Source of the DNA: Actinomycetota bacterium | GTDB taxonomy: Bacteria > Actinomycetota > Thermoleophilia > RBG-16-64-13 | Direction of reading: 5' to 3' | DNA length: 64,000 nt | NCBI GenBank assembly: GCA_012523095.1 | Contig: JAAYJE010000022.1 | Coordinates: 4,784-68,783 of the forward strand | Part shown: piece after piece, positions 27,763 through 38,421 of the stretch | How the letters are laid out: every line of letters starts with the position of its first letter | Numbering within the stretch: the first letter of the stretch is position 1 | The notes under the pieces: generated by a model | Seen by the model: the letters and a program-made list of their open reading frames with translations, nothing else | What the model was told of the DNA's origin: nothing | Database searches by the model: none | Program-made: the position numbers and the translations under genes

Positions 27763-29789
27763 CCGATCTTCTCCATCGCCTTCTTGACCACTCGTTCGCT
27801 GGTCAGGCCCAGTTTCTTATAAAGGACGTCCGCCGGCGCCGACGCCCCGAAGCGATCGATGCCGATGACGGCGCCTTCGGATCCCACGTAACGTTCCCAG
27901 CCGAAGGTAGAACCGGCCTCAATGGCTATACGGGCCTTGATCTCGGGAGGCAACACCTCCTCTCTGTACGCAGCCGTCTGCGCCTCGAAGAGCTCCCAGC
28001 TGGGCAGCGCCACCACCCGGGCCGCCACCCCACGTCCCGCCAAAGCGGCGGACGCCTCCAAGGCGATGGACACCTCCGAACCCGTTGCCAGCAAGATGAC
28101 GTCGGGTAGTCCGTCGCCCGGGTCACTGAGTATGTACCCACCTTTGCGCAGTTCCTCGGCAGACGCCAGACCGTCACGGTCGAGCACGGGAAGGCTCTGT
28201 CTGCTCAGCACCAGGAGGGTGGGACCCTTTCTTCTCCTGAGCGCGACCTCCCAGGCCACCACCGTCTCCGCCGCGTCGCTCGGTCGGATCACCACCAGCC
28301 CCGGCATCGCCCGCAAAGAGGCAAGGTGCTCGACCGGCTGATGAGTGGGACCATCCTCCCCCAGAGCTACACTGTCGTGAGTGAGGACGTACACCACGGG
28401 CAGATGCATGAGAGCCGCCAGACGGATGGCCGGCCTCATGTAGTCGGTGAACACGAAGAACGTCCCGCCGAAGACGAAGAGGCCGCCGTGCAGGGCCATG
28501 CCGTTCAGAACACCGCCCATGGCGTGCTCGCGGACGCCGAAGCGGAGGTTGCGTCCGGTGCGTTCGCCGGTCTGGAAGTCTCCCAATCCGACGAGGTACG
28601 TGTTGTTCGACGGGGCAAGGTCGGCTGAACCACCCACCAACGTGGGCATCCGATTCGCCAGGGCGTTCAGGACTTTGCCCGAAGCCGCCCGAGTGGCGAT
28701 CTTCTCACCTGGGGTGAAACGGGGCAACCCGGCCTTCCAGCCGGCGGGGAGCCTCCCCTCAAGCGCCGCCTCCCACCGGCCCGCCAAGTCGGGGTGCGCC
28801 GCTCTATAGCCGGACAGGATCTCCTGCCAGCGGGCCCGTGCTTCCGCGCCGCCGGCCACCACCTCGGCGTATCTCTTGCGCACCCGCTCGGGCACGGCGA
28901 AATGCAGGTCGCCCGGCCAGCCCAGAGCTTCTTTGGTGGCCCGGGTCTCGTCGACTCCGAGAGGCGCGCCATGAGCGTCCGCGCTGCCCACCTTCGCGGG
29001 GCTGCCGTAGCCGATCATGGTCCGCACCTTGATAAGACTGGGCCTGGTCGTCTCGATCCGGGCGGCCTTGAGCGCCTCATCGATGGCGTCAAGATCGTTA
29101 CCGTCGGCGACCGTCAGCACCTGCCATCCGTAGGCCTCGAACCTCAGCCCCACGTCCTCGGTGAAGGCCAGGTGGGTGCCGCCCTCGATGCTGATCTGGT
29201 TGTCGTCGTACAGACAGATGAGCTTGTCGAGTCCGAGATGACCCGCCAGCGAGGCGGCCTCGGACGACACCCCTTCCATCAGGTCCCCGTCTCCCACCAT
29301 GACGTACGTCCGGTGGTCCACCAACCGATAGTCTCCGCGGTTGAAGGTCGCTCCCAAGAAGGCCTCCGCTATGGCCATCCCCACAGCATTGGAGAAACCT
29401 GCGCCCAGCGGCCCGGTGGTGGTCTCCACCCCCGGCGTCAGCCCATGCTCGGGATGTCCCGGGGTCCGGCTGCCCCATTGCCGAAAGGCCTCCAGTTCCT
29501 CGATCCCCAGGTCGAAACCCGCCAAATGCAGAAGCGCGTAAAGCAGTGCAGACCCATGTCCGGCGCTCAGAACGAACCGGTCCCGGTCCGGCCACGCCGG
29601 ATTGGCAGGGTCGGACTTCAGATGCCGCGTCCAGAGGACATGCGCCATGGGAGCCGCCCCCAGAGGCATCCCCGGGTGACCGGAGTTCGCCTTCTGCACC
29701 GCATCGATAGCCAGCGCGCGGATCGTGGCGACCGCCAACTCGTCGAGATCGCGACCCTCGGCCAGACTGTCCGGGAACGCGTCAGCCAT
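27759..29789 (-). CDS. tkt: Transketolase
   Basis: 676 aa with the TPP-binding GDG...N region. Transketolase motifs HPGMPLG and SAGHGS are present. Confidence 0.95.
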   Translation of the reverse strand: MADAFPDSLAEGRDLDELAVATIRALAIDAVQKANSGHPGMPLGAAPMAHVLWTRHLKSDPANPAWPDRDRFVLSAGHGSALLYALLHLAGFDLGIEELEAFRQWGSRTPGHPEHGLTPGVETTTGPLGAGFSNAVGMAIAEAFLGATFNRGDYRLVDHRTYVMVGDGDLMEGVSSEAASLAGHLGLDKLICLYDDNQISIEGGTHLAFTEDVGLRFEAYGWQVLTVADGNDLDAIDEALKAARIETTRPSLIKVRTMIGYGSPAKVGSADAHGAPLGVDETRATKEALGWPGDLHFAVPERVRKRYAEVVAGGAEARARWQEILSGYRAAHPDLAGRWEAALEGRLPAGWKAGLPRFTPGEKIATRAASGKVLNALANRMPTLVGGSADLAPSNNTYLVGLGDFQTGERTGRNLRFGVREHAMGGVLNGMALHGGLFVFGGTFFVFTDYMRPAIRLAALMHLPVVYVLTHDSVALGEDGPTHQPVEHLASLRAMPGLVVIRPSDAAETVVAWEVALRRRKGPTLLVLSRQSLPVLDRDGLASAEELRKGGYILSDPGDGLPDVILLATGSEVSIALEASAALAGRGVAARVVALPSWELFEAQTAAYREEVLPPEIKARIAIEAGSTFGWERYVGSEGAVIGIDRFGASAPADVLYKKLGLTSERVVKKAMEKIG

Positions 29790-29822
29790 GTACCTGCCTC
29801 CTTAGGTTGGTCCTGTCGGGTG

Positions 29823-30554
29823 TCATCGAATGATCGGCCATCCAGCTGCCCAAGCAGCCTCTTGTAGAGGGGGACGGGGGTTGACGGCCACAGGGTGGCC
29901 GACCGATCTGAGCAGGGTCAGGTCGGAACCATGGTCGGCGTAGGCCCAACAGTCCTCCGCCTTCACATCCCAGCGGGCCATGAACTCCGCCGCGATACGC
30001 GCCTTCTCCTCGTCGATGGGGATGGCTCCCTCCAATCGACCCGTGTAGCGCCCGTCCTCCAGTTGACAGGCGGTACCGGCGTAGTCACCGATGTCCAACC
30101 TGGCGCATAGAGCGCTCACCACCGGCTCCAGCGCCGCCGAGATCACCGCTACTCGGTCGCCTTCAGCGCGGTGCTCGGCAAGGGCCGCCGATACGGCCGG
30201 GTGCATCCGAGGCATCAGGATCTCATCGGCGAAGCGGGTCATGAGCTCCTCCGCCTCCTGCACCGTCAGTCCCTTGAACACCTGGGCGCCCTTCTCACGA
30301 GCACCGGCGCTCACCCTGTAGAAGCCCGCCTTGTAGCCTAGGAACCAGAGACCTGCGACGATCAGGAAAGCCCAATCCGCCACTCCCGCCCTACGGAGGA
30401 ACTTGACCAGGAGGAGCGTCGTCTGACCGACGACAAGGGTGCCGTCCAGGTCGAAGAAGGCGGCCGCCGGAGCCCTGACCTCCCCGGCCGCCCGTCCATC
30501 GCTCTCGATAGGAGCGCCTGATCCGAGGGATGAGTTTTCGGCGACGTCATTCAC
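29823..30554 (-). CDS. HAD-IB family hydrolase (SerB-like)
   Basis: FFDLDGTL motif I, plus downstream HAD motifs. 243 aa. Confidence 0.65.
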   Translation of the reverse strand: MNDVAENSSLGSGAPIESDGRAAGEVRAPAAAFFDLDGTLVVGQTTLLLVKFLRRAGVADWAFLIVAGLWFLGYKAGFYRVSAGAREKGAQVFKGLTVQEAEELMTRFADEILMPRMHPAVSAALAEHRAEGDRVAVISAALEPVVSALCARLDIGDYAGTACQLEDGRYTGRLEGAIPIDEEKARIAAEFMARWDVKAEDCWAYADHGSDLTLLRSVGHPVAVNPRPPLQEAAWAAGWPIIR

Positions 30555-30596
30555 GGTGCCTGAAGTCTAGCACCCGGAGCACCTCTACCGGCCCAT

Positions 30597-31493
30597 CTAA
30601 GCCCGCAGCTTGGCCAGTGCCGCAGCCAGGTCGACCGGCAACGGCGACTCCACGTCGACGACCTCCCCCGTCATCGGATGGACGAACGACAGGTGATGGC
30701 TGTGCAGGAACTGTCTCCCCAGGCCCAGGGTGTCGCGGCGCGCGTATGTCGGGTCTCCGACCACCGGGTGGCCTATAGCGAGGAAATGCACCCGGATCTG
30801 ATGAGTACGGCCCGTGTCCAGCCGCGCCTCCACCAGTGTGAGGTCGCCCAGACGTTCCAACACTCTGAAGTGGGTGCGCGCCTCGCGGGCGGCCACCCCC
30901 CCGATGGTCATAGACTTGCGCCGCGCGGGATCACGCCCCACGGGCGCTTCGATGGTGCCGGTCTCTGCGGCGATACTACCGTGCACCAGGGCGAGGTACC
31001 GGCGATCGACGGCCTTGCGCCGCATCATCGCTACCAGCCGGCGATAAGCTTCCGGAGACTTAGTCAATACAAGCAGTCCCGTCGTATCTTTGTCGAGCCG
31101 GTGGACGACCCCCGGGCGGAACTCCTCCCCCCCTGAGAGCCCGTGCCCCAGCAGAGCGCCCACCAGGGTGCCCGTTGCATGACCTCGAGACGGGTGCACA
31201 GGCATGCCGGCCGGCTTGTCGGCCACGAGGAGCCACTCGTCTTCGTACAGCACCGGCACCTCGTGAGGCTCAACGACCAAGTCCGGAGCCGCCTCCCGCT
31301 TGGGCGTCACCTCCACCACCTGACCTTCATCGAGGAGATGGCTCTTGGCACGGACCGCTCCATCCACCGTCACTTCCCCCGCTCGGATCAGAGCCGCTAC
31401 TCGGGACCGGCTACCCATCTCCGCGCGCCTGCCCAGGAAGACGTCCAAGCGCGCACCCGCCTCGTCCGGTGGGACCACATACCGATGGCGCAT
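30597..31493 (-). CDS. rluD: RluA-family 23S rRNA pseudouridine synthase (RluD-like)
   Basis: S4-like N-terminal domain followed by the catalytic HRLDKDTTGLLV motif. The start was moved to MRHRYVVP; the ORF track extends to 31640. Confidence 0.78.
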   Translation of the reverse strand: MRHRYVVPPDEAGARLDVFLGRRAEMGSRSRVAALIRAGEVTVDGAVRAKSHLLDEGQVVEVTPKREAAPDLVVEPHEVPVLYEDEWLLVADKPAGMPVHPSRGHATGTLVGALLGHGLSGGEEFRPGVVHRLDKDTTGLLVLTKSPEAYRRLVAMMRRKAVDRRYLALVHGSIAAETGTIEAPVGRDPARRKSMTIGGVAAREARTHFRVLERLGDLTLVEARLDTGRTHQIRVHFLAIGHPVVGDPTYARRDTLGLGRQFLHSHHLSFVHPMTGEVVDVESPLPVDLAAALAKLRA

Positions 31494-31516
31494 CACGTCG
31501 ACAGGAGGACCATCCA

Positions 31517-32074
31517 CTAGGATGAAGCGGGCTTCCGACGCCCCGCCCTGTAAAGCCGCACCGCCTCCCACACCAATCCTATGACGATGGCGGCGATGCC
31601 GGCGTCGATGAATACGTCGGCCATATTGAAGTTGGGCCAATGGGGGAACTTCATGAAGTCGGTCACGTGCCCGTCGCCGCTCAGCCGTTGGATCAGGTTA
31701 CCTACACTGCCCCCCACCACGGCGCCTCCGGCGAGGCCGGCAAGCCAGGCTCGGCGTTCCATGAGCACATAGAATCCCACCACAGCCAGAGCCACGAAGT
31801 TGGCCACGATGATGAAAGTGGTCTTGCCCCCCAGAAGCCCGAAAGCAGCTCCGTCGTTGGCTGTGCGGTCGAGGTAGAAGAAGGAGCAGACTCGGATGGT
31901 CTCGTCCAGGGCGATCCGCTGCTCGGCCAGGTGCTTGGTCACCAGGTCCACCGCCAGACAGATCCCGGCCGTCACCCCGAAGATAGACCACTTGAGCAGA
32001 AGACGACCCCTCGAGGAGCGCACCGTGGACGACCCGGCGCCATCCTTCTTCGACAGTCTTCCCGTATTCGTCAC
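31517..32074 (-). CDS. lspA: Lipoprotein signal peptidase II
   Basis: Four TM helices with the conserved N..D (ANDGAAFG) and FNxAD (FNMADVFI) motifs. Confidence 0.85.
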   Translation of the reverse strand: MTNTGRLSKKDGAGSSTVRSSRGRLLLKWSIFGVTAGICLAVDLVTKHLAEQRIALDETIRVCSFFYLDRTANDGAAFGLLGGKTTFIIVANFVALAVVGFYVLMERRAWLAGLAGGAVVGGSVGNLIQRLSGDGHVTDFMKFPHWPNFNMADVFIDAGIAAIVIGLVWEAVRLYRAGRRKPASS

Positions 32075-32228
32075 AACGTCCGCAGCTCCCGTTCCTCAGT
32101 TTGTACAGAACCCGTCCGACCCGCGCCGGCGCCGCTCGGGCATTGTTCGGCAAGGTGAGGTCTATCTCGTGGGTGGGACGTTCTTAGGCTTGGAGAAGTT
32201 GCCCCTGAGCGCCCTGCGGTCCAACTGC

Positions 32229-32549
32229 TTACTGCCCTTTTGCCGGATAATCTCCCTCCAGCAGCTCGGTCAGCCGGCTCCTCAGCTCGGGTTCATCTAT
32301 GCCCTTGAAGGCTACCACCTTATCTCGACTCCCGCGGCCTGCGACGATGCTCACGTCATCTCGGCGTAGGTCCAGCCAACCGGCCAAGGCCTCCACGAGT
32401 TGCCGGTTCGCCCTGTTGTCTTCAGGGGGTGCAGTGACCGAGACCTTGAGGCGGTCGCCGTAGACGCCCCGCGCGGCCGTCCGCGGGGCAGAAGGGGTGA
32501 GACGCACTCCCAGAAGCAGGCCACCACTCCCCGCGGTTATGCGCAACAT
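32229..32549 (-). CDS. DUF167 (YggU-like) protein
   Basis: 106 aa from MLRITAG. The conserved DUF167 core (RLKVSVTAPPEDNRANRQLVEALA) is present. The ORF track lists a longer Arg-rich N-extension (32229..33071) that overlaps divIVA and is rejected. Confidence 0.6.
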   Translation of the reverse strand: MLRITAGSGGLLLGVRLTPSAPRTAARGVYGDRLKVSVTAPPEDNRANRQLVEALAGWLDLRRDDVSIVAGRGSRDKVVAFKGIDEPELRSRLTELLEGDYPAKGQ

Positions 32550-32577
32550 AGTCCCGGGGGAAGCCGACAACCGTTGA

Positions 32578-33504
32578 TCACCACTCGAAATCGCGCCCCT
32601 TATGTTTGTTCGTGCCATCCTCACCCGGGAATGTGTCGTCGACGTCGTCCAACTGCCGGCCGAAGAAGAACCCGCGGATAGAGGCGTCGTCCACGGGCTC
32701 TCCGGGAGAAGGCACAGGCCGGTTCGAGACCGGCTCGGCTGTGACATCGGCCGTAGCGTCCCCGGCCGCCTTCTTGATCTGCTCGGCGATATAGGACTCC
32801 GCAACCGGCCGGGCTTCGAGCAAAGGCGCCTCGGTCTCTTCGGTGGGTATGTCTTCGTCGTTGACCGCCGCGGCCTGGGGCGCCCGTGCGAAGGACGAAG
32901 CCTCGGAGGCGACCGCCTGCGCCTCACCTGTATTAGCTCGGGCTTCAGAGGCGATGGCCCGGGCAGAAGGGGCTTGAGGAGCGGCAGACAGGACTTCAAC
33001 CTTAGGTGCCTCGACGGTCTGCGCCTGCCCGCCCGTGGCGAGCGAGGTCTCGGTCGATGCCACCGCCGCATCGTCCAGCAGCTTCAGGTAACCCTCCAGC
33101 AACGAGCGGAACTTGAAACGGAACTCCTCTTCCAAGCGCTTCAACTGCACCAGCGTTTGCTGCGCCTTCTGAGCTTCGCCGTATGATTCGTTGACGATCC
33201 CTCTGGCTTTGAGTTGGGCATCGCGGAGGATCAGTTCGCTCTCCTTGTGCGCGTTTGCCCTGATCTCCTCGGACTGGAGTTGAGCGGAGACGAGGGTCTT
33301 TTCAAGAGCGTCTCTCATCTGCGCGTGGCCGGCGATCTGCTCGTCGAGACGTTGGGCGCGATCCTGCATCTCCATGTTCTCCTGGAACAGCCGCTCGAAC
33401 TCATCGGCCACCTCATCGAGGAAGATGTCCACCTCCTCATCGGAGTAACCGCGCATAGAGCGCCTGAACTCTTTTCGCCTGATATCGAGAGGTGTGATCT
33501 TCAC
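32578..33504 (-). CDS. divIVA: DivIVA-domain cell division/polar growth protein
   Basis: N-terminal MKITPLDIRRKEFRRSMRGYSDEEVDIFLDEV DivIVA domain and coiled coil, with an Ala/Glu-rich C-terminal tail. Confidence 0.85.
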   Translation of the reverse strand: MKITPLDIRRKEFRRSMRGYSDEEVDIFLDEVADEFERLFQENMEMQDRAQRLDEQIAGHAQMRDALEKTLVSAQLQSEEIRANAHKESELILRDAQLKARGIVNESYGEAQKAQQTLVQLKRLEEEFRFKFRSLLEGYLKLLDDAAVASTETSLATGGQAQTVEAPKVEVLSAAPQAPSARAIASEARANTGEAQAVASEASSFARAPQAAAVNDEDIPTEETEAPLLEARPVAESYIAEQIKKAAGDATADVTAEPVSNRPVPSPGEPVDDASIRGFFFGRQLDDVDDTFPGEDGTNKHKGRDFEW

Positions 33505-33568
33505 TTCGATCCCCCTTCGCTCGAGGCGGCCCGCTCCAAAACTGCCGGCCGACTTGGTCTTGGTCTAT

Positions 33569-34237
33569 TCAATCACGCGGGGCCTGGTCGCGTCTCGCCG
33601 TCTCTGGATCCTGAGCGGCCGCCAGTTCCGCGGCCCGTATGAACGCCCCACGGGTCGCCCTGTCCTCCAGAGCCGCCAGCCCGGCGATGGTGGTGCCGCC
33701 CGGAGAAGCCACCCGGTCCTTGAGATCGGCCGGCGATCCGATGTGGTCCTGCAACAGGAGGGCCGTAGCCATCAAGGTCTGACGCACAAACGCCCGGGCG
33801 ACGGATCTGGGCAGACCGGCTTCCACAGCGCCTTCCTCTATGCCCTCCAAGGCTACGGTGATGAAGCCCACCGACGACCGGCTCACCGCGGCGCATGCGG
33901 CCAGCAGGCTCTCGGGCGCTACCTGGACCTTGCCTGCCGTCTCCAACAGACGCACGACCCGCCCCGCGGCCTCAGGAGGCGCCCCTTCCTCGGCGCACAG
34001 GAGGACCGTTCCGGCGCCGGGTCCGGTTCCCGATCCAACAATCGCTCTGAACAGAGCCGGCTCCTCGCCGAGGATAGATCGCGCCTCCGCAAGCGTGGCG
34101 GCTTCATCTCCGTCCAGGACAACGGTCGAAACGCCCTCGCGGACCTCTCCCAACGACCCCACCACGTCTACGCCGCTACTCCGCGCCAAGGCGGCCGCCA
34201 GACGCCCTTCGCCCACCACACATATTTTCGCATCCAT
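33569..34237 (-). CDS. proC: Pyrroline-5-carboxylate reductase
   Basis: N-terminal NADP-binding fold and the C-terminal SPGGTTIAGLAALE P5CR signature. Short (222 aa). Confidence 0.65.
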   Translation of the reverse strand: MDAKICVVGEGRLAAALARSSGVDVVGSLGEVREGVSTVVLDGDEAATLAEARSILGEEPALFRAIVGSGTGPGAGTVLLCAEEGAPPEAAGRVVRLLETAGKVQVAPESLLAACAAVSRSSVGFITVALEGIEEGAVEAGLPRSVARAFVRQTLMATALLLQDHIGSPADLKDRVASPGGTTIAGLAALEDRATRGAFIRAAELAAAQDPETARRDQAPRD

Positions 34238-34277
34238 TGGAGCCCTAACTAGACGCTGCCATGACCCGCGCCGGCCT

Positions 34278-34841
34278 TCAGAATTGGTTGAAGAAGCCCT
34301 TCTCCAACAGACGCTGGCGTTCCTCGGCCGAGACCTCTACGTTCTTGGGAGTCAGCAGGAACACCTTGTCGGCCACGCGCTGCATACCTCCATTCAGCGC
34401 GTAGGTGAGCCCGCTCGCGAAGTCAATGAGTCTCTTGGCCAGATCAGTCTCACTCGCCTGCAGGTTCAGGATGACGGGGATGTCGCTCTTGAACTTGTCG
34501 GCGATGACCTGGGCGTCGTTGAAGTTCTTGGGCATGACCAAGTGCACACGGACCGGGGGCTGCTCCGCAGGAGTAGGGAGAGGTCTGAGAGAGCCACTCC
34601 GCTGCCCGGACGCAGATGCACGCTGGCCCCGATAGGGATCGTCCGCGAAGATGTCATCGAATTCCGTGGACTGTCGGCGACGGCTGCTCCGGTCGATCTT
34701 GCGCACGTTATGGCGGTCTCTCTCCCGATAGGTAGGCTCTATCTCTTGGGGGATGCCGAACGTGTCGTCCTCATAATCATCGTCCTCATCGGCGAGGCCG
34801 AAGTACACCAGGGTCTTGTGCCACAAGCCGCCGCCTGCCAT
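34278..34841 (-). CDS. sepF: Cell division protein SepF
   Basis: The conserved C-terminal SepF domain is present (PVILNL...LIDFASGLTYAL..G...V....FLL). Confidence 0.85.
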   Translation of the reverse strand: MAGGGLWHKTLVYFGLADEDDDYEDDTFGIPQEIEPTYRERDRHNVRKIDRSSRRRQSTEFDDIFADDPYRGQRASASGQRSGSLRPLPTPAEQPPVRVHLVMPKNFNDAQVIADKFKSDIPVILNLQASETDLAKRLIDFASGLTYALNGGMQRVADKVFLLTPKNVEVSAEERQRLLEKGFFNQF

Positions 34842-34851
34842 CCCATCCTCC

Positions 34852-35538
34852 TTATGCCTGTGAGAAGAGCGCGCTTCCCAACCTGACGATCGTGGCGCCT
34901 TCTTCGACAGCTACTTCGTAATCGTTGCTCATGCCCATGGACAGTTCGGACAGTTCGTAGCGGCCGATGAACACAGTAGCAAGACGGTCGCGAAGCTCAC
35001 GCAGGCCCCGGAAGATCGGCCTTGCCGATTCTGGGTCCTCCACCAATGGGGCCATGGTCATGAGCCCCACGAAGACGACCTTCCGATAGGCTGAAGCCTG
35101 CTCCAGAAAAGCTTCCGCGGCCTCCGGGAGAATACCATATTTGGTCTTTTCCCTGCTCACGTTGACCTCTAACAGCACCCGTATCTCCGATTCCGTCCGT
35201 TTGTCGAGCTCTTCCACCAAAGACGTCGACTCCACCGAGTGGATCATGGCCGCACACGGCAGGACCTGCCGGGCCTTCCGACGCTGCAGATGGCCTATGA
35301 AGTGGAACTCGAACACCTCGTTCCACCTCCGCCATTTTGCCTCCAACTCATCTGCCCTGTTCTCCCCCACCAGACGTATTCCTGCCCCCGAAAGAGCACC
35401 CATTTCTTCCACGTCTAGATACTTGGTAGCCACCAGAAGCCTGGGAGAGTCGACACGGCCGCTCCGTCGGCACGCATCGGCGATACGCCGCTCGACCTCC
35501 TCGAGACTGCCGCACAGCTTTTCGCAGTCGAGGTTCAC
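34852..35538 (-). CDS. yggS: YggS-family PLP homeostasis protein
   Basis: 228 aa alanine-racemase-N-like TIM barrel with the LVATKY PLP-lysine motif. Confidence 0.85.
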   Translation of the reverse strand: MNLDCEKLCGSLEEVERRIADACRRSGRVDSPRLLVATKYLDVEEMGALSGAGIRLVGENRADELEAKWRRWNEVFEFHFIGHLQRRKARQVLPCAAMIHSVESTSLVEELDKRTESEIRVLLEVNVSREKTKYGILPEAAEAFLEQASAYRKVVFVGLMTMAPLVEDPESARPIFRGLRELRDRLATVFIGRYELSELSMGMSNDYEVAVEEGATIVRLGSALFSQA

Positions 35539-36383
35539 GCGGACGCCACCCAGGCCACGCAGCCCTGCCGGCCGGTCACCGGGCCCTCTTTGCGGTAGGA
35601 GTAGAAGAAGTCGCTATTACAGGCCGTGCAGAGACGGGGGTTCACCACCTGCTCGGGCCGTATACCGAGTTCCACACACGCCCCGGCCGTCGCGGCCCAG
35701 AGGTCCACGCGGGGCAGGTCGTTCCCTTCACCGGAACCTCGTCCTGGAGACATAACCACGTCCGCGCCAAAGCGGGCGGCGAAGGCCTCGGCGACCTCGA
35801 CACCCACCGCGAAACAGCACGGGCCTATGCTGGGACCGATCACCGCCGCAGCCGGCGGGCCGATCATCGCCCGCCCGGCCTGTTGCACTATCCCCCCCAG
35901 TATCCCGCGCCACCCCCCGTGCGCGACCGCCATGTCGACCTCTCCGCAAAGGACCACGGGAACGCAATCCGCGAACAGCAGGAGGGCGGCCAGCCCTTTG
36001 TCGATCTCGGGATGCAGGGTGAGGCCGTCACAGGGCTCCCCCGCGGGTCCACCGGCGCACTCGGCCGCGCCCGCAACCCGCAACCCATGGACCTGCGTCG
36101 GGCTCACCAATCGCCGGTCCAGCCAAGCAGCGATGCGCTGTCGGTTGCGCGCCACGGCCGCGGGGTCGTCTTCCGAACGGGGGTCCAGATTCAGCGATGA
36201 GAAACGCCCGACGCTGTCGCCTCCGAGGCGGGTGGTGAAGAGAGCCCGGAATGCGCCTGGGAGGCGGCACTCGAGTACCGGGACGCCGTCAATCCCGCGG
36301 ACGTCCATCCTGGACTCAGCCGCAGGGTCGATGCGCTCCGCGAGCACCTCGGTCGGGGGGCTGCCGTCACGCTCCGCCGTCAC
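35535..36383 (-). CDS. pgeF: Peptidoglycan editing factor PgeF (YfiH/laccase-domain)
   Basis: Cu-oxidase_4/YfiH family pattern (TTRLGG...SLNL, HGG.RG). Confidence 0.8.
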   Translation of the reverse strand: MTAERDGSPPTEVLAERIDPAAESRMDVRGIDGVPVLECRLPGAFRALFTTRLGGDSVGRFSSLNLDPRSEDDPAAVARNRQRIAAWLDRRLVSPTQVHGLRVAGAAECAGGPAGEPCDGLTLHPEIDKGLAALLLFADCVPVVLCGEVDMAVAHGGWRGILGGIVQQAGRAMIGPPAAAVIGPSIGPCCFAVGVEVAEAFAARFGADVVMSPGRGSGEGNDLPRVDLWAATAGACVELGIRPEQVVNPRLCTACNSDFFYSYRKEGPVTGRQGCVAWVASA

Positions 36384-36407
36384 TCTGATGACTCGTCCTC
36401 AGTGCCG

Positions 36408-37511
36408 CTAGTCTTTGTCGCGCAAGAACTTCGGGATGTCGAGGATATCGTCCTCCATCTCGAATGTGTGCGTCTTCGGAGGCAGCATCTCGGCCAGATC
36501 GACCGGCGGACGAGGCGCTTCGACCTCCGCGGGCCGTTCGACCCCCTGCCTCGCCTGCATCCGTTCCTTGTCGAATCCGGTGGCGATAACCGTCACCCGC
36601 ACCTGATCGCCCAGCGATTCGTCGATGACCGCGCCGAAGATGACGTTGGCATCGGTGTCGGCCGCGTTCGCGATCACCCCCGCCGCCTCGTTCACCTCGA
36701 ATAGACCCATGTCGAGCGGACCGCTGATGTTGAGCAGGATGCCGGTGGCCCCCTCGATGGACGACTCCAGGAGGGGCGACGATATGGCCGTCTTCGCAGC
36801 CTCCACTCCCCGATTCTCACCACTGGCGAGACCGATTCCCATGAGCGCCGAACCGGCGTCGCTCATGATGGTCCGGACGTCGGCGAAGTCGAGGTTGATG
36901 AGTCCTGGAACGGTTATGAGGTCCGTGATGCCCTGCACGCCCTGCCGAAGGACATCGTCCGCCACCCTGAAGGCCTCGATGATGGAGGTGCGCTTCTCCA
37001 CCACCTGCAGCAATCGATCGTTCGGGATGATGATAAGGGTGTCGACCTTCTTGGATAGGGCCTCGATGCCCGACTCGGCCTGACTGGCCCGTTTCCTGCC
37101 TTCGAAAGTGAATGGCTTAGTGACCACGCCCACCGTGAGCGCTCCTATTTCGCGAGCCAGCTCGGCGATGACCGGAGCGCCGCCGGTACCGGTGCCGCCG
37201 CCCTTGCCGGCCGTGACGAACACCATATCGGCGCCCTTCAACACCTCGCGGATATCGTCCCGGCTCTCCTCCGCCGCTTCGCGACCCACCTCTGGATTCG
37301 CTCCGGCGCCGAGGCCTTTAGTGACCTTGCCGCCTATGTGCAGTTTCACATCGGCATCGCACATCAGCAACGCCTGCGCGTCGGTGTTGACCGCGATGAA
37401 CTCGACTCCCTTGAGCCCCGCGTCCACCATGCGGTTGACGGCGTTGGTGCCGCCCCCGCCCACCCCAACGACCTTGATCACCGCAAGGTAGCCGGATCCC
37501 GTGTCGTTCAT
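36408..37511 (-). CDS. ftsZ: Cell division GTPase FtsZ
   Basis: GGGTGTG tubulin signature and NTDAQAL motif. 367 aa. Confidence 0.97.
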   Translation of the reverse strand: MNDTGSGYLAVIKVVGVGGGGTNAVNRMVDAGLKGVEFIAVNTDAQALLMCDADVKLHIGGKVTKGLGAGANPEVGREAAEESRDDIREVLKGADMVFVTAGKGGGTGTGGAPVIAELAREIGALTVGVVTKPFTFEGRKRASQAESGIEALSKKVDTLIIIPNDRLLQVVEKRTSIIEAFRVADDVLRQGVQGITDLITVPGLINLDFADVRTIMSDAGSALMGIGLASGENRGVEAAKTAISSPLLESSIEGATGILLNISGPLDMGLFEVNEAAGVIANAADTDANVIFGAVIDESLGDQVRVTVIATGFDKERMQARQGVERPAEVEAPRPPVDLAEMLPPKTHTFEMEDDILDIPKFLRDKD

Positions 37512-37647
37512 GGCACTCGAACCTCCAAACTCCTCTGATCACAGGACTCCAACTTGACCCTTTGCGAGAAGCCCTCAACTGACGCTTCACACTCCGACCA
37601 GTACGTGGTCCTATCGTCGATTCCTGCTGAGACGCAAGATAGCACTT

Positions 37648-38421
37648 TCATTTCGCTTTCACCGCCAGTTTGTCCGCCACCGTGGCATCCACATACTCAA
37701 GCGGCGTCCCATCCCTCAAGTATTGCTCGATGATCTGCAAAGCGCCCTTCAACTTCTGGTCGAGCTTCGTCGGGTCGCCGAGCCGCAGTTCGGCACCTTC
37801 TTTCAACACGATGGTGAGCGCGCCGGATGGGGATACCCAGATCTCCTTCGCGGACGCCAGATGTCTGTTGGCGCTCTCATCCGCCATGATGACCGCCAGG
37901 GGAAGCGCCTGCGCAACGATCTCAGAGACTTGCTGCCCGGCGACAGGGGTCTCGTCCGTCGATGGCACGACCAGGGGCAGACCCGCCCCTGCAGGCGGAA
38001 CGACCACCTCGAGCGCGCGACCGTTATCGGCCACCACCCAGACGGCGCCGTCGCCGGCTTTGAGGCGGGCGATCGGTTCATACTCTTCCAAACGCACGTC
38101 CAAGGTGTTAGGGAAGCGACGGTAAACCTCGGCCGAGCGCACATAGGGCAGCGAGCGCAGGGCTTCTTCAAGATCCGCCGTCGATAGACGGAACAGGCTT
38201 TCTCCGATAGCTTCCGACGCTACCCGAGACACTTCTTCCTGAGCGATACGCTCCGTGGCGGTGGCCGTGACCGTCCGCACGGCAAAGACATCGGAGGAAC
38301 GCAACCAGACGAACAGGACCGCGGCCGCCACCAGAAGGCCGAAAACGAAGACCAGACCCGCGCGTCGCCTGCCGCGCTGCCGGCCCACCGCTCGGCGTCG
38401 GTCGCGGATCCGACTATTCAT
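37648..38421 (-). CDS. ftsQ: Cell division protein FtsQ/DivIB (POTRA domain)
   Basis: Single TM followed by POTRA-like domain. The start was set at MNSRIRD. Synteny places it between murB and ftsZ. Confidence 0.7.
   Translation of the reverse strand: MNSRIRDRRRAVGRQRGRRRAGLVFVFGLLVAAAVLFVWLRSSDVFAVRTVTATATERIAQEEVSRVASEAIGESLFRLSTADLEEALRSLPYVRSAEVYRRFPNTLDVRLEEYEPIARLKAGDGAVWVVADNGRALEVVVPPAGAGLPLVVPSTDETPVAGQQVSEIVAQALPLAVIMADESANRHLASAKEIWVSPSGALTIVLKEGAELRLGDPTKLDQKLKGALQIIEQYLRDGTPLEYVDATVADKLAVKAK

Noticed and set aside
32550-33071. N-terminal 170-aa Arg/Pro-rich extension of the DUF167 ORF (track ORF 32229..33071).
   Set aside because: The extension overlaps the well-supported divIVA gene in another frame and is low-complexity. 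Only the C-terminal 106 aa match DUF167, so the start was moved to 32549.
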